Source: Alphaproteobacteria bacterium (GTDB taxonomy: Bacteria; Pseudomonadota; Alphaproteobacteria; UBA828). Taken from it: 64,000 bases of DNA. This document shows positions 28,080 through 37,923 of this stretch, one piece after another (within the stretch, counting starts at the first letter, position 1; each line of letters starts with the position of its first letter). The notes under the pieces are model-generated. The model was not told the DNA's origin. It saw only the letters and a program-made list of their open reading frames with translations, and made no database searches. Location: NCBI GenBank assembly GCA_965214705.1, contig CBDCCI010000001.1:448001-512000 (forward strand), in the 5' to 3' direction. Position numbers and translations under genes: made by a program.

Positions 28080-30484
28080 CCCGGTGCCGTGAACTTGCGC
28101 TTGCGTGCCTCGCTCATCGACCACGGCAGCCAGGGCGACAGGTCGTCCGGCGGCTTGCCGCCGTTCTTTGCGCAGGCGTCCAGCCATGCCTTCAGCCAGC
28201 GCAGCACGTCGATGCCGTTCATCGAGAGCGTGCCCACGACCGAGTACATGATCGCAATGAACGTCGCGCCGTCCTCGCTGTTGGAACCGAAGCTCAACTT
28301 CCTGCCGATGGACGGCCCGCGGAGCACGCGCTCGGCCGTGTTGTTGTCCATGGGGACCAGGGGGTGGTCGACGAAGACGCACAACCCCTCGCGATGCCTG
28401 AGCAGCGAGCGCAGGGCCTTGGCCTTGCGCCCCTTCTTCGGCAGGCCGGCCAACTCCGCCCCGGCGTCCGCGAACAGACCCTCGACCGCCTTCCTCAACG
28501 CGTCCTGCGCCGCGTCGAACGCCGGTGTCCGGCGTTCGAGGGAGGCGTCGTAATGCTTCAGCCTCTCGTCGTTCAGGTTGTAGATCTCCCCGATCCGCTC
28601 GATCCATCTCTCGCACCAGCGGGTGAGCCGCACATGGCCGGCGGCGCAGTCGATAAAGGTCCGCCTCTGGTGCGCCCAACAGAAGCAGAGGATCACCTTG
28701 CCGTCGAGTTCGCGCGCGAGCTTCCTGTAGGCGCTGAACCGGTCGCAGACCACGAGCACGGTGCAGGCGGTATCGCCGAACAGGGTTTTGGCCACCTCGG
28801 CGCTGCGCGAGGGGTCGATAAGGAAGTAGACCGTGTCCCGGCTGACCGAAGTCCACAGCCAGGCGCGGCTCGAGCGGCCGTTCCGGCGGAACTCCTGCAC
28901 GCGCCAGCCGGTCTCGTCGGCATGGCGCAGCGCCGCCTTGTTCTGGTGCGCGAGGATCGCCTCGTGGATCGGCTCGAACAGCGGCACGAAGCGCTTCTGG
29001 CTGTCGGCCAGCGTGCCCGGCGAGACCGGCAGGCCCTGGTCGGCATACCACGCCGCGACCCGGCTCAGCGGGCGGAAGCACGCACAGTGCTCGAACAGGA
29101 ACCGTGCCCAGAAGCTGGTCCCGTAGAGCGTTCCCGGGAACAGCCGCGCCGCCGGCGGCGCGATCGCCTCCAGCGGCGACGACGGGCACTCGCAGCCCCG
29201 GCGCCAGCGCGGGCGGACGATCCTGCGGATATGGGCCTTGACCTCGATCTCGATGACGTTCGTCGAGTGCTCGCCGTTGGCGACGTAGGGCTTGCCGCAA
29301 CAGGAGCAGACGCGCGCATCCTTCGGCGGGTTGCGCCGCTCCTCCTTCTCCCGCAGACCGGCTCGCTGGGTGCGGCCGTGGCCGGGCGCGCCGGGCTGCT
29401 GGCCGCGCGTGCGCCCCGTGCCCGCCTTCTTCTGCTTCTCGCTCCTGCTGCCGAACAGCGCCTTCGACAGAACGGAGCGGGTCGAGCGGAGCTTCTCGAC
29501 CCGGGATTCCAGCGTCTCGACGCGGGAGGTCAGCGTCGCCGTCTCGGCCTCCAGCGCCGCCCCCTTGGCCCTCAACTCCCGCACCTCGGTGCGCAGTCGG
29601 GCGTTGCGTTGGCGCAGCGATTCGACAAGGCCCTTCGCCCGCGCGGTCGCTGCACGGAGCTGAGCGATCCGCCTGCGCAGCGGGGCCAGCATGGCCCGCC
29701 GTTCCCGCGAAGCCTCCACGCAGAACGCGTTCCGCCGGTCGATCTCCCGGTTCAGCCCGTCGACCTCGTCGCGATGCCAGGCATCGAGCCGAAGCTCGCG
29801 CTCGTGGGAGTTGCACAGCGCCGAGTGAAGACCGGCGTTCTCGCCGGCCAGCCGCTTGCACCGTCTCTCCGAGGCCCTCGCCGCCTTCTGCAACGCGACA
29901 TTCTCCGCGCGCAGCGCCTTGTTCGTATCGGTCAGGCTCGCCGACGCCGACGCCTGCTCGCTCAGAGCCGCGACCTCGCCCTTCAGCCGTGCCACCTCCT
30001 TGTTCAGCCGCACCGCTTCCTTGTTCAGCCGCACCGCTTCCTTGCGCGAGCCGCGCAGTTCCGCACGCAGTGCCTCGTTCGTGTCTTTCTGCCCCTGCGC
30101 CTGCTCCTGCGAGCGCTCCAGCGCCCTGTGCAGCCCCCGAATCTCCTGGGATCGACGGCCGGATGTGTCGTTCCGGGCTTTCGATGCCGGGGCCTGGTGC
30201 GCTCCACGGGTATTCCTCGGCACCGGACCGCTCGCGCCCTTGCCAGCCTCTGCCTTGCGCAGAGAAGTACGGAGCCGGCGAACATCGTTGAGCAGCTCCT
30301 GCACGCGCGCTTCGGCCGCGTCCGCCCGCGCCCGCTCCGTCTCCGCGCAGGCTCGCGCCTGCTCGTACAGAGATTGCCCGTCGCGCGGCTCCGACACCAC
30401 GGCCGCCGTCGAGGGCAGCCAGACCCCGTCGTCGCCTTCGATCGACGCCAGCGCCGCCCCGGAATCCTCGTCGCGAATCGTCAC
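28076..30484 (-). CDS. tnpC: IS66-family transposase with extended coiled-coil N-terminus
   Basis: LFGSRSEK, CSCCG, HADETGW, CWAHQRR, DNNTAERVLR; KEAVRLN heptad duplication. Confidence 0.9.
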   Translation of the reverse strand: MTIRDEDSGAALASIEGDDGVWLPSTAAVVSEPRDGQSLYEQARACAETERARADAAEARVQELLNDVRRLRTSLRKAEAGKGASGPVPRNTRGAHQAPASKARNDTSGRRSQEIRGLHRALERSQEQAQGQKDTNEALRAELRGSRKEAVRLNKEAVRLNKEVARLKGEVAALSEQASASASLTDTNKALRAENVALQKAARASERRCKRLAGENAGLHSALCNSHERELRLDAWHRDEVDGLNREIDRRNAFCVEASRERRAMLAPLRRRIAQLRAATARAKGLVESLRQRNARLRTEVRELRAKGAALEAETATLTSRVETLESRVEKLRSTRSVLSKALFGSRSEKQKKAGTGRTRGQQPGAPGHGRTQRAGLREKEERRNPPKDARVCSCCGKPYVANGEHSTNVIEIEVKAHIRRIVRPRWRRGCECPSSPLEAIAPPAARLFPGTLYGTSFWARFLFEHCACFRPLSRVAAWYADQGLPVSPGTLADSQKRFVPLFEPIHEAILAHQNKAALRHADETGWRVQEFRRNGRSSRAWLWTSVSRDTVYFLIDPSRSAEVAKTLFGDTACTVLVVCDRFSAYRKLARELDGKVILCFCWAHQRRTFIDCAAGHVRLTRWCERWIERIGEIYNLNDERLKHYDASLERRTPAFDAAQDALRKAVEGLFADAGAELAGLPKKGRKAKALRSLLRHREGLCVFVDHPLVPMDNNTAERVLRGPSIGRKLSFGSNSEDGATFIAIMYSVVGTLSMNGIDVLRWLKAWLDACAKNGGKPPDDLSPWLPWSMSEARKRKFTAPG

Positions 30485-30976
30485 GAGCGCGACGATAGCC
30501 GACGGTCGAGAGAGTTACCAGTAGGCACCCCCGCGCTACACCGGCGCCGTCTACAAGGCCTCGGGCTGGATCCATGTCGGGATCACCCAGGGGCGCGGGC
30601 GCTACGACACACATATGGAGCGGGCCAAGCCCAGGAAGGACATCTGGCTCAGGCCCCTCAGACGTGACTGGAGACGAACGCTCAATCGTTGAATCCATCG
30701 CACCCATCACCAGACAACCGAAGGCTTACGCATCGTGCACCCCTCGCCTCGCGGCGCGTCTGTGTCGTCGTAACAACCGTAATCACTTCGTAAGCCACCG
30801 ACATCAAACTCCAGCGTATTGGAGCGTAGGTCTGACATCGCGTCAAGGGGTAGATGAGGCAATCAACCCTTTGTGTCAATGTGTCTTATCGCACTCCAGC
30901 GTACTCCAGCGTACCCGTGCGTAGACCTGTCATAACCGGCTTCACCATTCCCAAACAAGAGGAGAGCCTTGAGGTC

Positions 30977-32870
30977 ATGAAAAAGTCGAAACTGACTCGC
31001 AGTTTGCTGGCGGCGTGCTCGATCGTCGCCCTCACGGCCGTCATGTACGGCTGCTCGAGCTCCGGGGAGGACCGGGCCAAAGCGGATCGGGACGAACTGC
31101 AAGCGCAGATCGATGCCCTGCAAGAAGCATTCGGGGACGAGGACATAACGCCGGAAGCCATCATGGCGCTCATTGCCGAGAGGGATGATGCCACGGCCGA
31201 TGTGACCCGCCTCGAAGGTGAGCTGGCCACGGCCACGGGCGAGAGGGACGGCCTCCAGACCATGTTGGACGCGGCCACGGCCGAAGTGACCCGCCTCGAA
31301 GGTGAACTGGCCACGGCCACGGACGAGAGGGACGGCCTCCAGACCATGTTGGACGCGGCCACGGCCGAAGTGACCCGCCTCGAAGGTGAACTGGCGACCG
31401 CTCAGACTGCGCTGGATGACGCCAATACGGCCCTTGCCGCAGCGCTCAAGCGTGCCGAGGACGCGGAGGCCGAGCTCACCCAGCTCGAGGAGGACGCGGC
31501 CGAGGCTCTGGCAGCCTTGGCACTCGCGGATCGGATTGCCAGAGGTGGGGCGATTGAGACGGCGATCTCAACCAACAGGCTTGGGGATTATGCGACTTCC
31601 ACTGCCAGGACCATCGACACGCTCCCCGATAGCAGCGGTGTTGACGGATTGTCGGTGGAGCGCGACGTGGCCGGCACGATAACGGTCGACGTGAACGGCG
31701 ATGACGACGACGACTACGCTGGCGGCGAGACCACGGCCGGTGACGACGACTGGAACAGTGTCAGGATGACGAGGGAAGACGCTGGCGGTGAGTCCACTCA
31801 CACCCTAGTAATCTACACGGACATCGAGGAGCCAGCGGACAAGCCGTTCACGGATCTATATGACCGGAATGCTCGCGATGACATCCTCAATGATGCGGAT
31901 CGGGTCAAGCTGGCTCAGGCCGCGGACTTCCCCTCGGGGGCAAGCCAGTCGGTGACGTACGGCGGCGACACCGGCAACCCGGAGTCGTTCGCCGGCACCT
32001 TCGCCGGCGTGTCTGGTACGTATGAGTGCACTAGCGGCACGACTTGCACGGTGACCACCGACGCCGACGGCGACTTGGTTATGGCGGAGAACTGGAGGTT
32101 CACGCCCGACTCCAATTTGGCCACGATCAAGGACCCGGATGTCGCTTACGCGTACTTCGGCTGGTGGATGAACGAGCCGAAGGAGAGCGACGATCCGCAC
32201 ACTGTCGAGGTCTTCGCGGCCGGCACGGACGGCCATGTGGCTGCTGTCGCCGACACCATTGAGGGCACCGCGACCTATTCGGGTCCGGCGGCCGGCATCT
32301 ATCAGACGCAGACTTTCACCGCCGGTGCGCAGACGGAGGCCGCTGTTGGTGATTTCACGGCGACTGCCAGTCTCGTGGCGAAGTTCGGCGATGAAGCCGC
32401 GACCGGAACCATCGACGGGACGATCACGGACTTCACGCTGGGCGATGGAACATCCGCTGCTTGGAAGGTGATGTTGGAAGATACCGGCATAAGGCTTATC
32501 CCTCTGGCTCCGGTTCCCCAACATGTTGTACCGGCCACCTCGGCGGCGGTATCCGACACGGTCGCAGTTCCTTCCGTGTCTCAATGGGTTGCCCGTAAAG
32601 TGCCCAGCGATCCGGCACCCCACATATGGAGAAGCCGGATGTAAGGGGATAAGCCTTACCGGCATAAACGGGGACGGCACCTTCAGCGGTACGAGTGAAG
32701 TTGACTTCGGCGGCGGCCCCACCGAGTCGGATGTCGGGTCGTGGGGAGGCTCGTTCTACGATGCTGGCGCGGACCCCGCCGAGGATCAGCCAGGCACGGT
32801 CGCGGGCATGTTCGATGCGGTAACGGACACTGCCAGCCTGATCGGCGCATTCGGTGCGACGAAGCAGTAG
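30977..32870 (+). pseudogene. Surface lipoprotein B (28-aa repeat stalk, same C-terminal domain as A) disrupted by a MITE
   Basis: Same lipobox; ERDGLQTMLDAATAEVTRLEGELATAT repeats; frame broken at ~32491, resumes GINGDGTF...GATKQ. Confidence 0.85.
32492..32656. mobile_element. ~165-bp MITE
   Basis: TIR AGGCTTATCCC...GGGATAAGCCT; duplication TACCGGCATA (TSD/TIR split ambiguous, 6-10 bp); empty site in the paralog at ~19503-19512. Confidence 0.88.
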
Positions 32871-32984
32871 CCGGATTGGCGGGATCGGGGTCGCCTCGTA
32901 AGACCCCGATCCTTTAGGTCCGGACTTCCGGAAGAGGGTGGCGGGATGTGCCACCCTCTTCTTCTTTCTCATTCTCTCTCTGTT

Positions 32985-34486
32985 GAGCCACTTGCAAAAC
33001 TCCCAGGCGCGGTCTGCTTTTCCCGAGAGCCCGGCGTGAGGACATTGACGGTCGGAACGTAACATGAACTTCGGGACGAGCGGACGTCGCTGGCTGCCGC
33101 CGGGGCGCCGATTCGCCGCAAACCGATGCCCATGCGGGCGCATTTTGGACCCGCCGTCGCGATGCGGACATGGCTTTTTGCGCCTCCGCGGAGGGAGGCG
33201 TGCCGGCGTGACAGCGACGGAGGCGCCGCTCAGGCCAGGAGGCGCATCAGCTGGTCGACCGTCAGCACCAGGATGCCGAACATCAGGTGGCAATGAACCT
33301 TGGCATGGCCGCGCACGCGGACATGGCGGCCCCCGCAGTTGTCCTTCAGCCCACCGTTGATGCGCTCGATGTTCGAGCGCTCGTTGTAGCGCTCGTCCGC
33401 CGGGTGGCGGTGACCGACGCCTCTCTGCGCCCTGGCCTCGCGCGCCAGCTCCTCCTTGTACTCCTTGTCGCGAGGGTTGACGTCGATGATCGGGACGTGG
33501 CCCAGCAGGTAGCTGTGCCAGCCGATCTCGGGCGCGTCATAGGCTGAGTCCATGAGGTCGTACAGATTGGTGACGCGGTCGGCGGTCATACTCGCCAGCG
33601 GGATCGCGGCCTGGCTGTCGTGCAGCGAGGCGGACGTCAGGATGCAACTGATCGGAATGCCGCCATCGGCGGCGTCGATGTGCAGCTTGTAACCGATCCA
33701 CGATGTGGTATGGCCCCTGGCGTTGCGCTTGGTGCCGACGTCGCAGGCTTTCGGCAGGTCGTCGAGCATCTGGGGCAAGCTCATCGTGAGCTGGCGTTTC
33801 ACGCGGCGCTCCTCCTTGGGCCGCTCCTCGCCCTTGCGCGGGCGGCCGCGCTTGCGCTTCGGCTTCTCCGCCTTGGGCTTGGGCTGAGGCTTCTCGCGCG
33901 CCTCGATCGCCGTCGAGTCGCGCGAGACGTGCCCGACCAGATGGTCTCCGAGGGTCTGCTTGATCAGCGCCTCATGCACGCGAGCGGGCAACGCACTCTC
34001 GGAGAACTCCGCAAACGCCCGCGAAAACGTCGCCTCGCTCGGGATCTCTGCGGCATAGGTCCAGCCGCAGAGACGGCGTAGCGTCTTGTCGTTCTCAAGG
34101 CGCTCGATCAGGGCGCGCGTCGTGGGTACGTCGAACACCGCCTTGGCGATGAAGGCGCGGGCCAAGGCCGCCCGATCCTCGACCGGCCGACCGGGCAGGC
34201 CATGGAAATGGGGAAGGAAGCTCTCGACCCGCGCAAGCTCAAGCACGGTGACGAAGCGCCGGTACCTCTCGCCGAGCGGCCCGAGCTCCTCCTCAAGCCA
34301 CGGGAAAAGATCCGCTTGAATGTGATGCCAGAATCCGGATAGTGTCTGTCCCAGCGACATGGGGCCGCCCTCTCCGTCGACGTTGTCCGAAACCCGACAG
34401 GAACAGAGAGCGGTCCCGATTTCCAGGACAATCTGACCGCCACGGCGGCAAAATCCCGCTCAAATGCGGAATTTTGCAAGTGGCTC
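32985..34486 (-). mobile_element. IS1182-like copy 2 (transposase 33230..34360), between lipoprotein B and Slam
   Basis: Same length, ends and protein as copy 1; TSD TGTT. Confidence 0.9.
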
Positions 34487-34514
34487 TGTTGAGTTCCGTC
34501 CGAGGCCTGCTGCG

Positions 34515-35909
34515 ATGATGTTTGCCCCGCTTTGCCGTGCCCTCGCGTTTGCCGCTTGCCTGTTGCTCGCCCTCCCGGCCTGGGGCGCCACGGAGCAGGC
34601 GGCAGGTGAGTTCTCTGCACAGTCCGCCCCCGCGCTGCCGGGCTTGGCGTCGGCGCAAGCGCTGGTCGATGAAGGCCGCTTCGGGGAGGCGTTGACCATC
34701 CTGAATGCGCTGGCACAGGACTATCCCGACCATCCCCGGCGCACCGATGTCCTCTTCCTGCTGGGCCTGGCGGCGACCCAGGCATCGCTGAACCCCGATC
34801 TCCCGGAGGGGCGGCGGGAGCTTCTGCTGAGCCTCGCCATCGCGTCCTTCCGCGTCATCCTGATCGATCGGCCCGCGCTCGTGCGGGTGCGTCTGGAGCT
34901 GGCCCGCGCCTTCTTCCTCAAGGGCGAGGACAGCCTGTCGCAGCGCCACTTCGAGCGGGTGCTGGCCGGCGACCCGCCTGAGGCGGTGGTCGCCAACGTC
35001 CGACATTTCCTGAACCGGATCAGGGCACGGCGGCGCTGGAGCTTCAGCCTTGGCGCCGCCATCGCGCCCGATACCAATATCGGCGGCGGCTCGGACGAGC
35101 GCACCATCTATATCTTCGGTTTGCCGTTCGAGCGCGACATCGAGGAGCTGACCACGTCGGGCATAGGCCTCTCGGTGTGGGGCGGCGCCGAGTATCAGTA
35201 TCCGCTGAGCGAGCGGGTGCGGCTGCGCAGCGGCGCCAATCTCTCGCGGCGGGAGCACGAGGGATCGCGGTTCGACGAGGTTTTCGCGTCGGTCCATCTC
35301 GGGCCTCGCCTGCTGCTGGGCGAGCGCACGGAGGCGAGCGTGCTGGCCACCGCGAGCCAGCGCTGGGCCGGCACGGTGAAGGATCGACACGCCCTCGGCG
35401 GGCGCGTCGAGGTGGGGCACCGGGTCAACCGTGCGGTGACGGTGAACGGGCGGGTCGCCTGGGAGGACCGGCACCATCGAACGGGGACGAGCCGGGACGG
35501 GCCGGCTCTGGATGTGTCGCTGGGCGGCGCCTGGGTGATCGCGCCCACGGTTCGGGCGGATGTGTCTGCGGGGTATGGGCGTGAGCGCCCGGAGGTGATG
35601 CGCGATCGCCATGAGAGGTATCGCGTTGGCGCGGGCGTTTCGGTGCTCCTGCCGCTGGGCTTCACGGTGAGCGGCGGCGGGGACTATCGCTGGACGGACT
35701 TCGAGGCGGGGTGGCACCCGTACGTGCCGGACAACGGGGCGCGCGAGGACCGGACGTGGAGCGCGCGGGCGTCGGTGTACAACCGTGGGATCACCCTCTA
35801 CGGCTTCAGCCCGGCGGTGGGGGTGGTTCACGAGGTCCGCAAGACCAACGCACAGCTCTACGACTACGAGCGCACGCGGGGCGAGCTTCGCTTCGTGCGC
35901 CAGTTCTAG
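34515..35909 (+). CDS. Slam-like outer-membrane protein, copy B
   Basis: Near-identical protein to 17766..19160. Confidence 0.8.
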   Translation: MMFAPLCRALAFAACLLLALPAWGATEQAAGEFSAQSAPALPGLASAQALVDEGRFGEALTILNALAQDYPDHPRRTDVLFLLGLAATQASLNPDLPEGRRELLLSLAIASFRVILIDRPALVRVRLELARAFFLKGEDSLSQRHFERVLAGDPPEAVVANVRHFLNRIRARRRWSFSLGAAIAPDTNIGGGSDERTIYIFGLPFERDIEELTTSGIGLSVWGGAEYQYPLSERVRLRSGANLSRREHEGSRFDEVFASVHLGPRLLLGERTEASVLATASQRWAGTVKDRHALGGRVEVGHRVNRAVTVNGRVAWEDRHHRTGTSRDGPALDVSLGGAWVIAPTVRADVSAGYGRERPEVMRDRHERYRVGAGVSVLLPLGFTVSGGGDYRWTDFEAGWHPYVPDNGAREDRTWSARASVYNRGITLYGFSPAVGVVHEVRKTNAQLYDYERTRGELRFVRQF

Positions 35910-35971
35910 TCACCGGGCGGCCCGAAGCGGCGGCGTTGGCGGGGCGGCGGCGCCATGAGCACACTGCATCG

Positions 35972-37078
35972 ATGGGCCTGACGGGTCTCGGGGCACGCCT
36001 TGGGTTGTCGGGCGGTTCCCCTGCGAGGCGGACACGAGGCCGGACCGGCCGGTGTCTCGGCTTGGCGTGCGCGCTGCTCCTCTGCGTATGCCTGCCGGGC
36101 GCGGCCGCCTCCGAAGAGGTGGGCTTTCGCAGCATGGCGACGCCGCTGCGCATGGTGAACCTGAACCCGTTTCACCTCGCGTACGGTGTGCCGGGGTCCC
36201 TCGGCGCCCGCGTGATGCCGGCGGGCTCGTCGGAGCTGATCGCATCGCTGGACATGGCGTCGCATCTGCGCGCGGCCAGTTCCGGAGCGGAGCGGGTGCT
36301 GATGGACGGGGAGACCTACCGGCGGGCGCTCACGCTGCGGCATGGTCTGGGAGACGGCTGGGAGTATCTGCTCGACGTCCCCGTCGTTGCGCACAGCGGC
36401 GGCGTTTTCGACGGCTTCATCGAGAGCTGGCATGACGCCTTCGGCCTGCCCCAGGGCGCGCGGGACCGTGCGCCGCGCGATCGGCTGGCGCTCTTCTACG
36501 CCGATGACGAGGGACCCCGTGTGGACATCGATCGCAGTGTCTTCTCCCTCGGGGATGTGAGCCTCGGGGTCGGCTACGCCTTGTCGCCCGCGCCGCTGTC
36601 GAATGACGGCATGGCGGTCCGGGCGGTTGTGAAGCTTCCGAGCGGCGACGAGGACGCATTGGCCGGTTCGGGAGGCTTTTCGGCCTCGGTCTGGGCCGAG
36701 ACCTCGGGAGCATTGTCGGGCTCGGCCGGCTCCCGCGCCTGGCTATATGCCGCGACGCTGGGGGCTCTCGTGGGCGAGGCCCCGGAGAACCTTTCGGACC
36801 TCGGCGGCCGCTTCATCGCCTTCGGGCGCTTCGGCGTGACCTGGCGGGCGCTCAGGGATCTGCGGCTGACGGTGCAGGTCGACGCCCATTCGTCGCCCTA
36901 CGGCGCCTCCGCCCTGTCTCCGCTCTCGGACGCGGCCGTCATGGTGGGGCTGGGAGGGACGCTGAGACTCAGCGAGCGCGTGGAGCTCGACATCGCCGTC
37001 ACGGAGGACGACGGCACTTGGCACGCCGCACCCGACATTGGCCTGCACGTCGCCATGCGGTGGCGGCTGCATGATTGA
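35972..37078 (+). CDS. DUF3187-like outer-membrane/exported protein
   Basis: Signal peptide, PLRMVNLNPF, MDGETYR, HSGGVFDGFIESWHDAFGLP. Confidence 0.7.
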   Translation: MGLTGLGARLGLSGGSPARRTRGRTGRCLGLACALLLCVCLPGAAASEEVGFRSMATPLRMVNLNPFHLAYGVPGSLGARVMPAGSSELIASLDMASHLRAASSGAERVLMDGETYRRALTLRHGLGDGWEYLLDVPVVAHSGGVFDGFIESWHDAFGLPQGARDRAPRDRLALFYADDEGPRVDIDRSVFSLGDVSLGVGYALSPAPLSNDGMAVRAVVKLPSGDEDALAGSGGFSASVWAETSGALSGSAGSRAWLYAATLGALVGEAPENLSDLGGRFIAFGRFGVTWRALRDLRLTVQVDAHSSPYGASALSPLSDAAVMVGLGGTLRLSERVELDIAVTEDDGTWHAAPDIGLHVAMRWRLHD

Positions 37079-37338
37079 ACCGGGAGGACCGTCATCGCGA
37101 GAGCGCACGCGCCATGCATGTTGCCCTCGCCCGGCTGCCCTTGCCCGCAGCACTCAGGCCGAACCCGCCGCGTTCACGCGGTCGGTTGCTGAATGTGGCC
37201 CCGATACCATCAAGGTGTGCTCGCTCCCGAGTGCGGCCCGTCGTTCCAGGCGCAGCCCCGCTTGGCGTCCTCCATATGCGTCTTCTTGTCGGATGGGGCG
37301 CCGCCTCTTTCACCATAGCAGCGGGAAGGAAATCCAGC

Positions 37339-37923
37339 ATGACCAGATGGATCTCTGCGCTTGCGGCGCTGTTGTGCGGCCTCGGTCTTGTCCCGGTCGC
37401 TCACGCAGAGGACCGCCACGCCGACCGCATCCATGTCGGGATCGGCTATCGGCACGTCTTCATCGACGGCGAGACAATGACTGCCGATGGCGACACTGTG
37501 ACCATACCGGACTTCGAGCACAGGGTGATCGTTCTGCGGGCCGGCTACGATCTCCGGCCCTTCTTCGCGATTGAGGCCGAGGTCATGACGAGTGTCGCGG
37601 AGACGGAGTTGGCAGCCGGCACGCCGGCCGGCGACATCCCGTTCAGCACGCGCATCCTTCATGGTCTCGGCGTCTTCGGGAAGGTCCGGCATGAGATAGC
37701 GGAAGGCGTTTCAATGCACGCGCGGGTTGGTGGGGCGGTCATGAAGACGGAAGCGTCGGCCTTCGGGGTCTCGACGTCAGACACAGGCGAGGGCCTGGCC
37801 TACGGGGCAGGCGGTGAGGTCCGTCTGAGCGAGTGGGCGAGCCTGCGGGTGGACTGGACTCAATACCGCGAGGACGGCGAGACGGCCGATGCAGTGTCGC
37901 TCGCCGCCGTCACCCGCTTCTGA
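37339..37923 (+). CDS. Small outer-membrane beta-barrel (porin-family-like) protein
   Basis: AAGGA RBS, signal peptide, LRAGYD..FAIEAE, LAYGAG, C-terminal RF. Confidence 0.8.
   Translation: MTRWISALAALLCGLGLVPVAHAEDRHADRIHVGIGYRHVFIDGETMTADGDTVTIPDFEHRVIVLRAGYDLRPFFAIEAEVMTSVAETELAAGTPAGDIPFSTRILHGLGVFGKVRHEIAEGVSMHARVGGAVMKTEASAFGVSTSDTGEGLAYGAGGEVRLSEWASLRVDWTQYREDGETADAVSLAAVTRF

Larger units (their letters stand above)
27161..30729 (-). mobile_element. IS66-like element 2 (TnpC + DUF4338) with ~200-bp terminal inverted repeats
   Basis: Ends GTAAGCCTTCGG...CCGAAGGCTTAC; 8-bp TSD GCATCGTG; 27161-~27361 is the reverse complement of ~30529-30729. Confidence 0.92.

Noticed and set aside
27198-30710. 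1170-aa ORF as a single fusion protein
   Set aside because: Only the last 293 aa (DUF4338) look real; the rest is an alternative frame overlapping tnpC and the inverted repeat.
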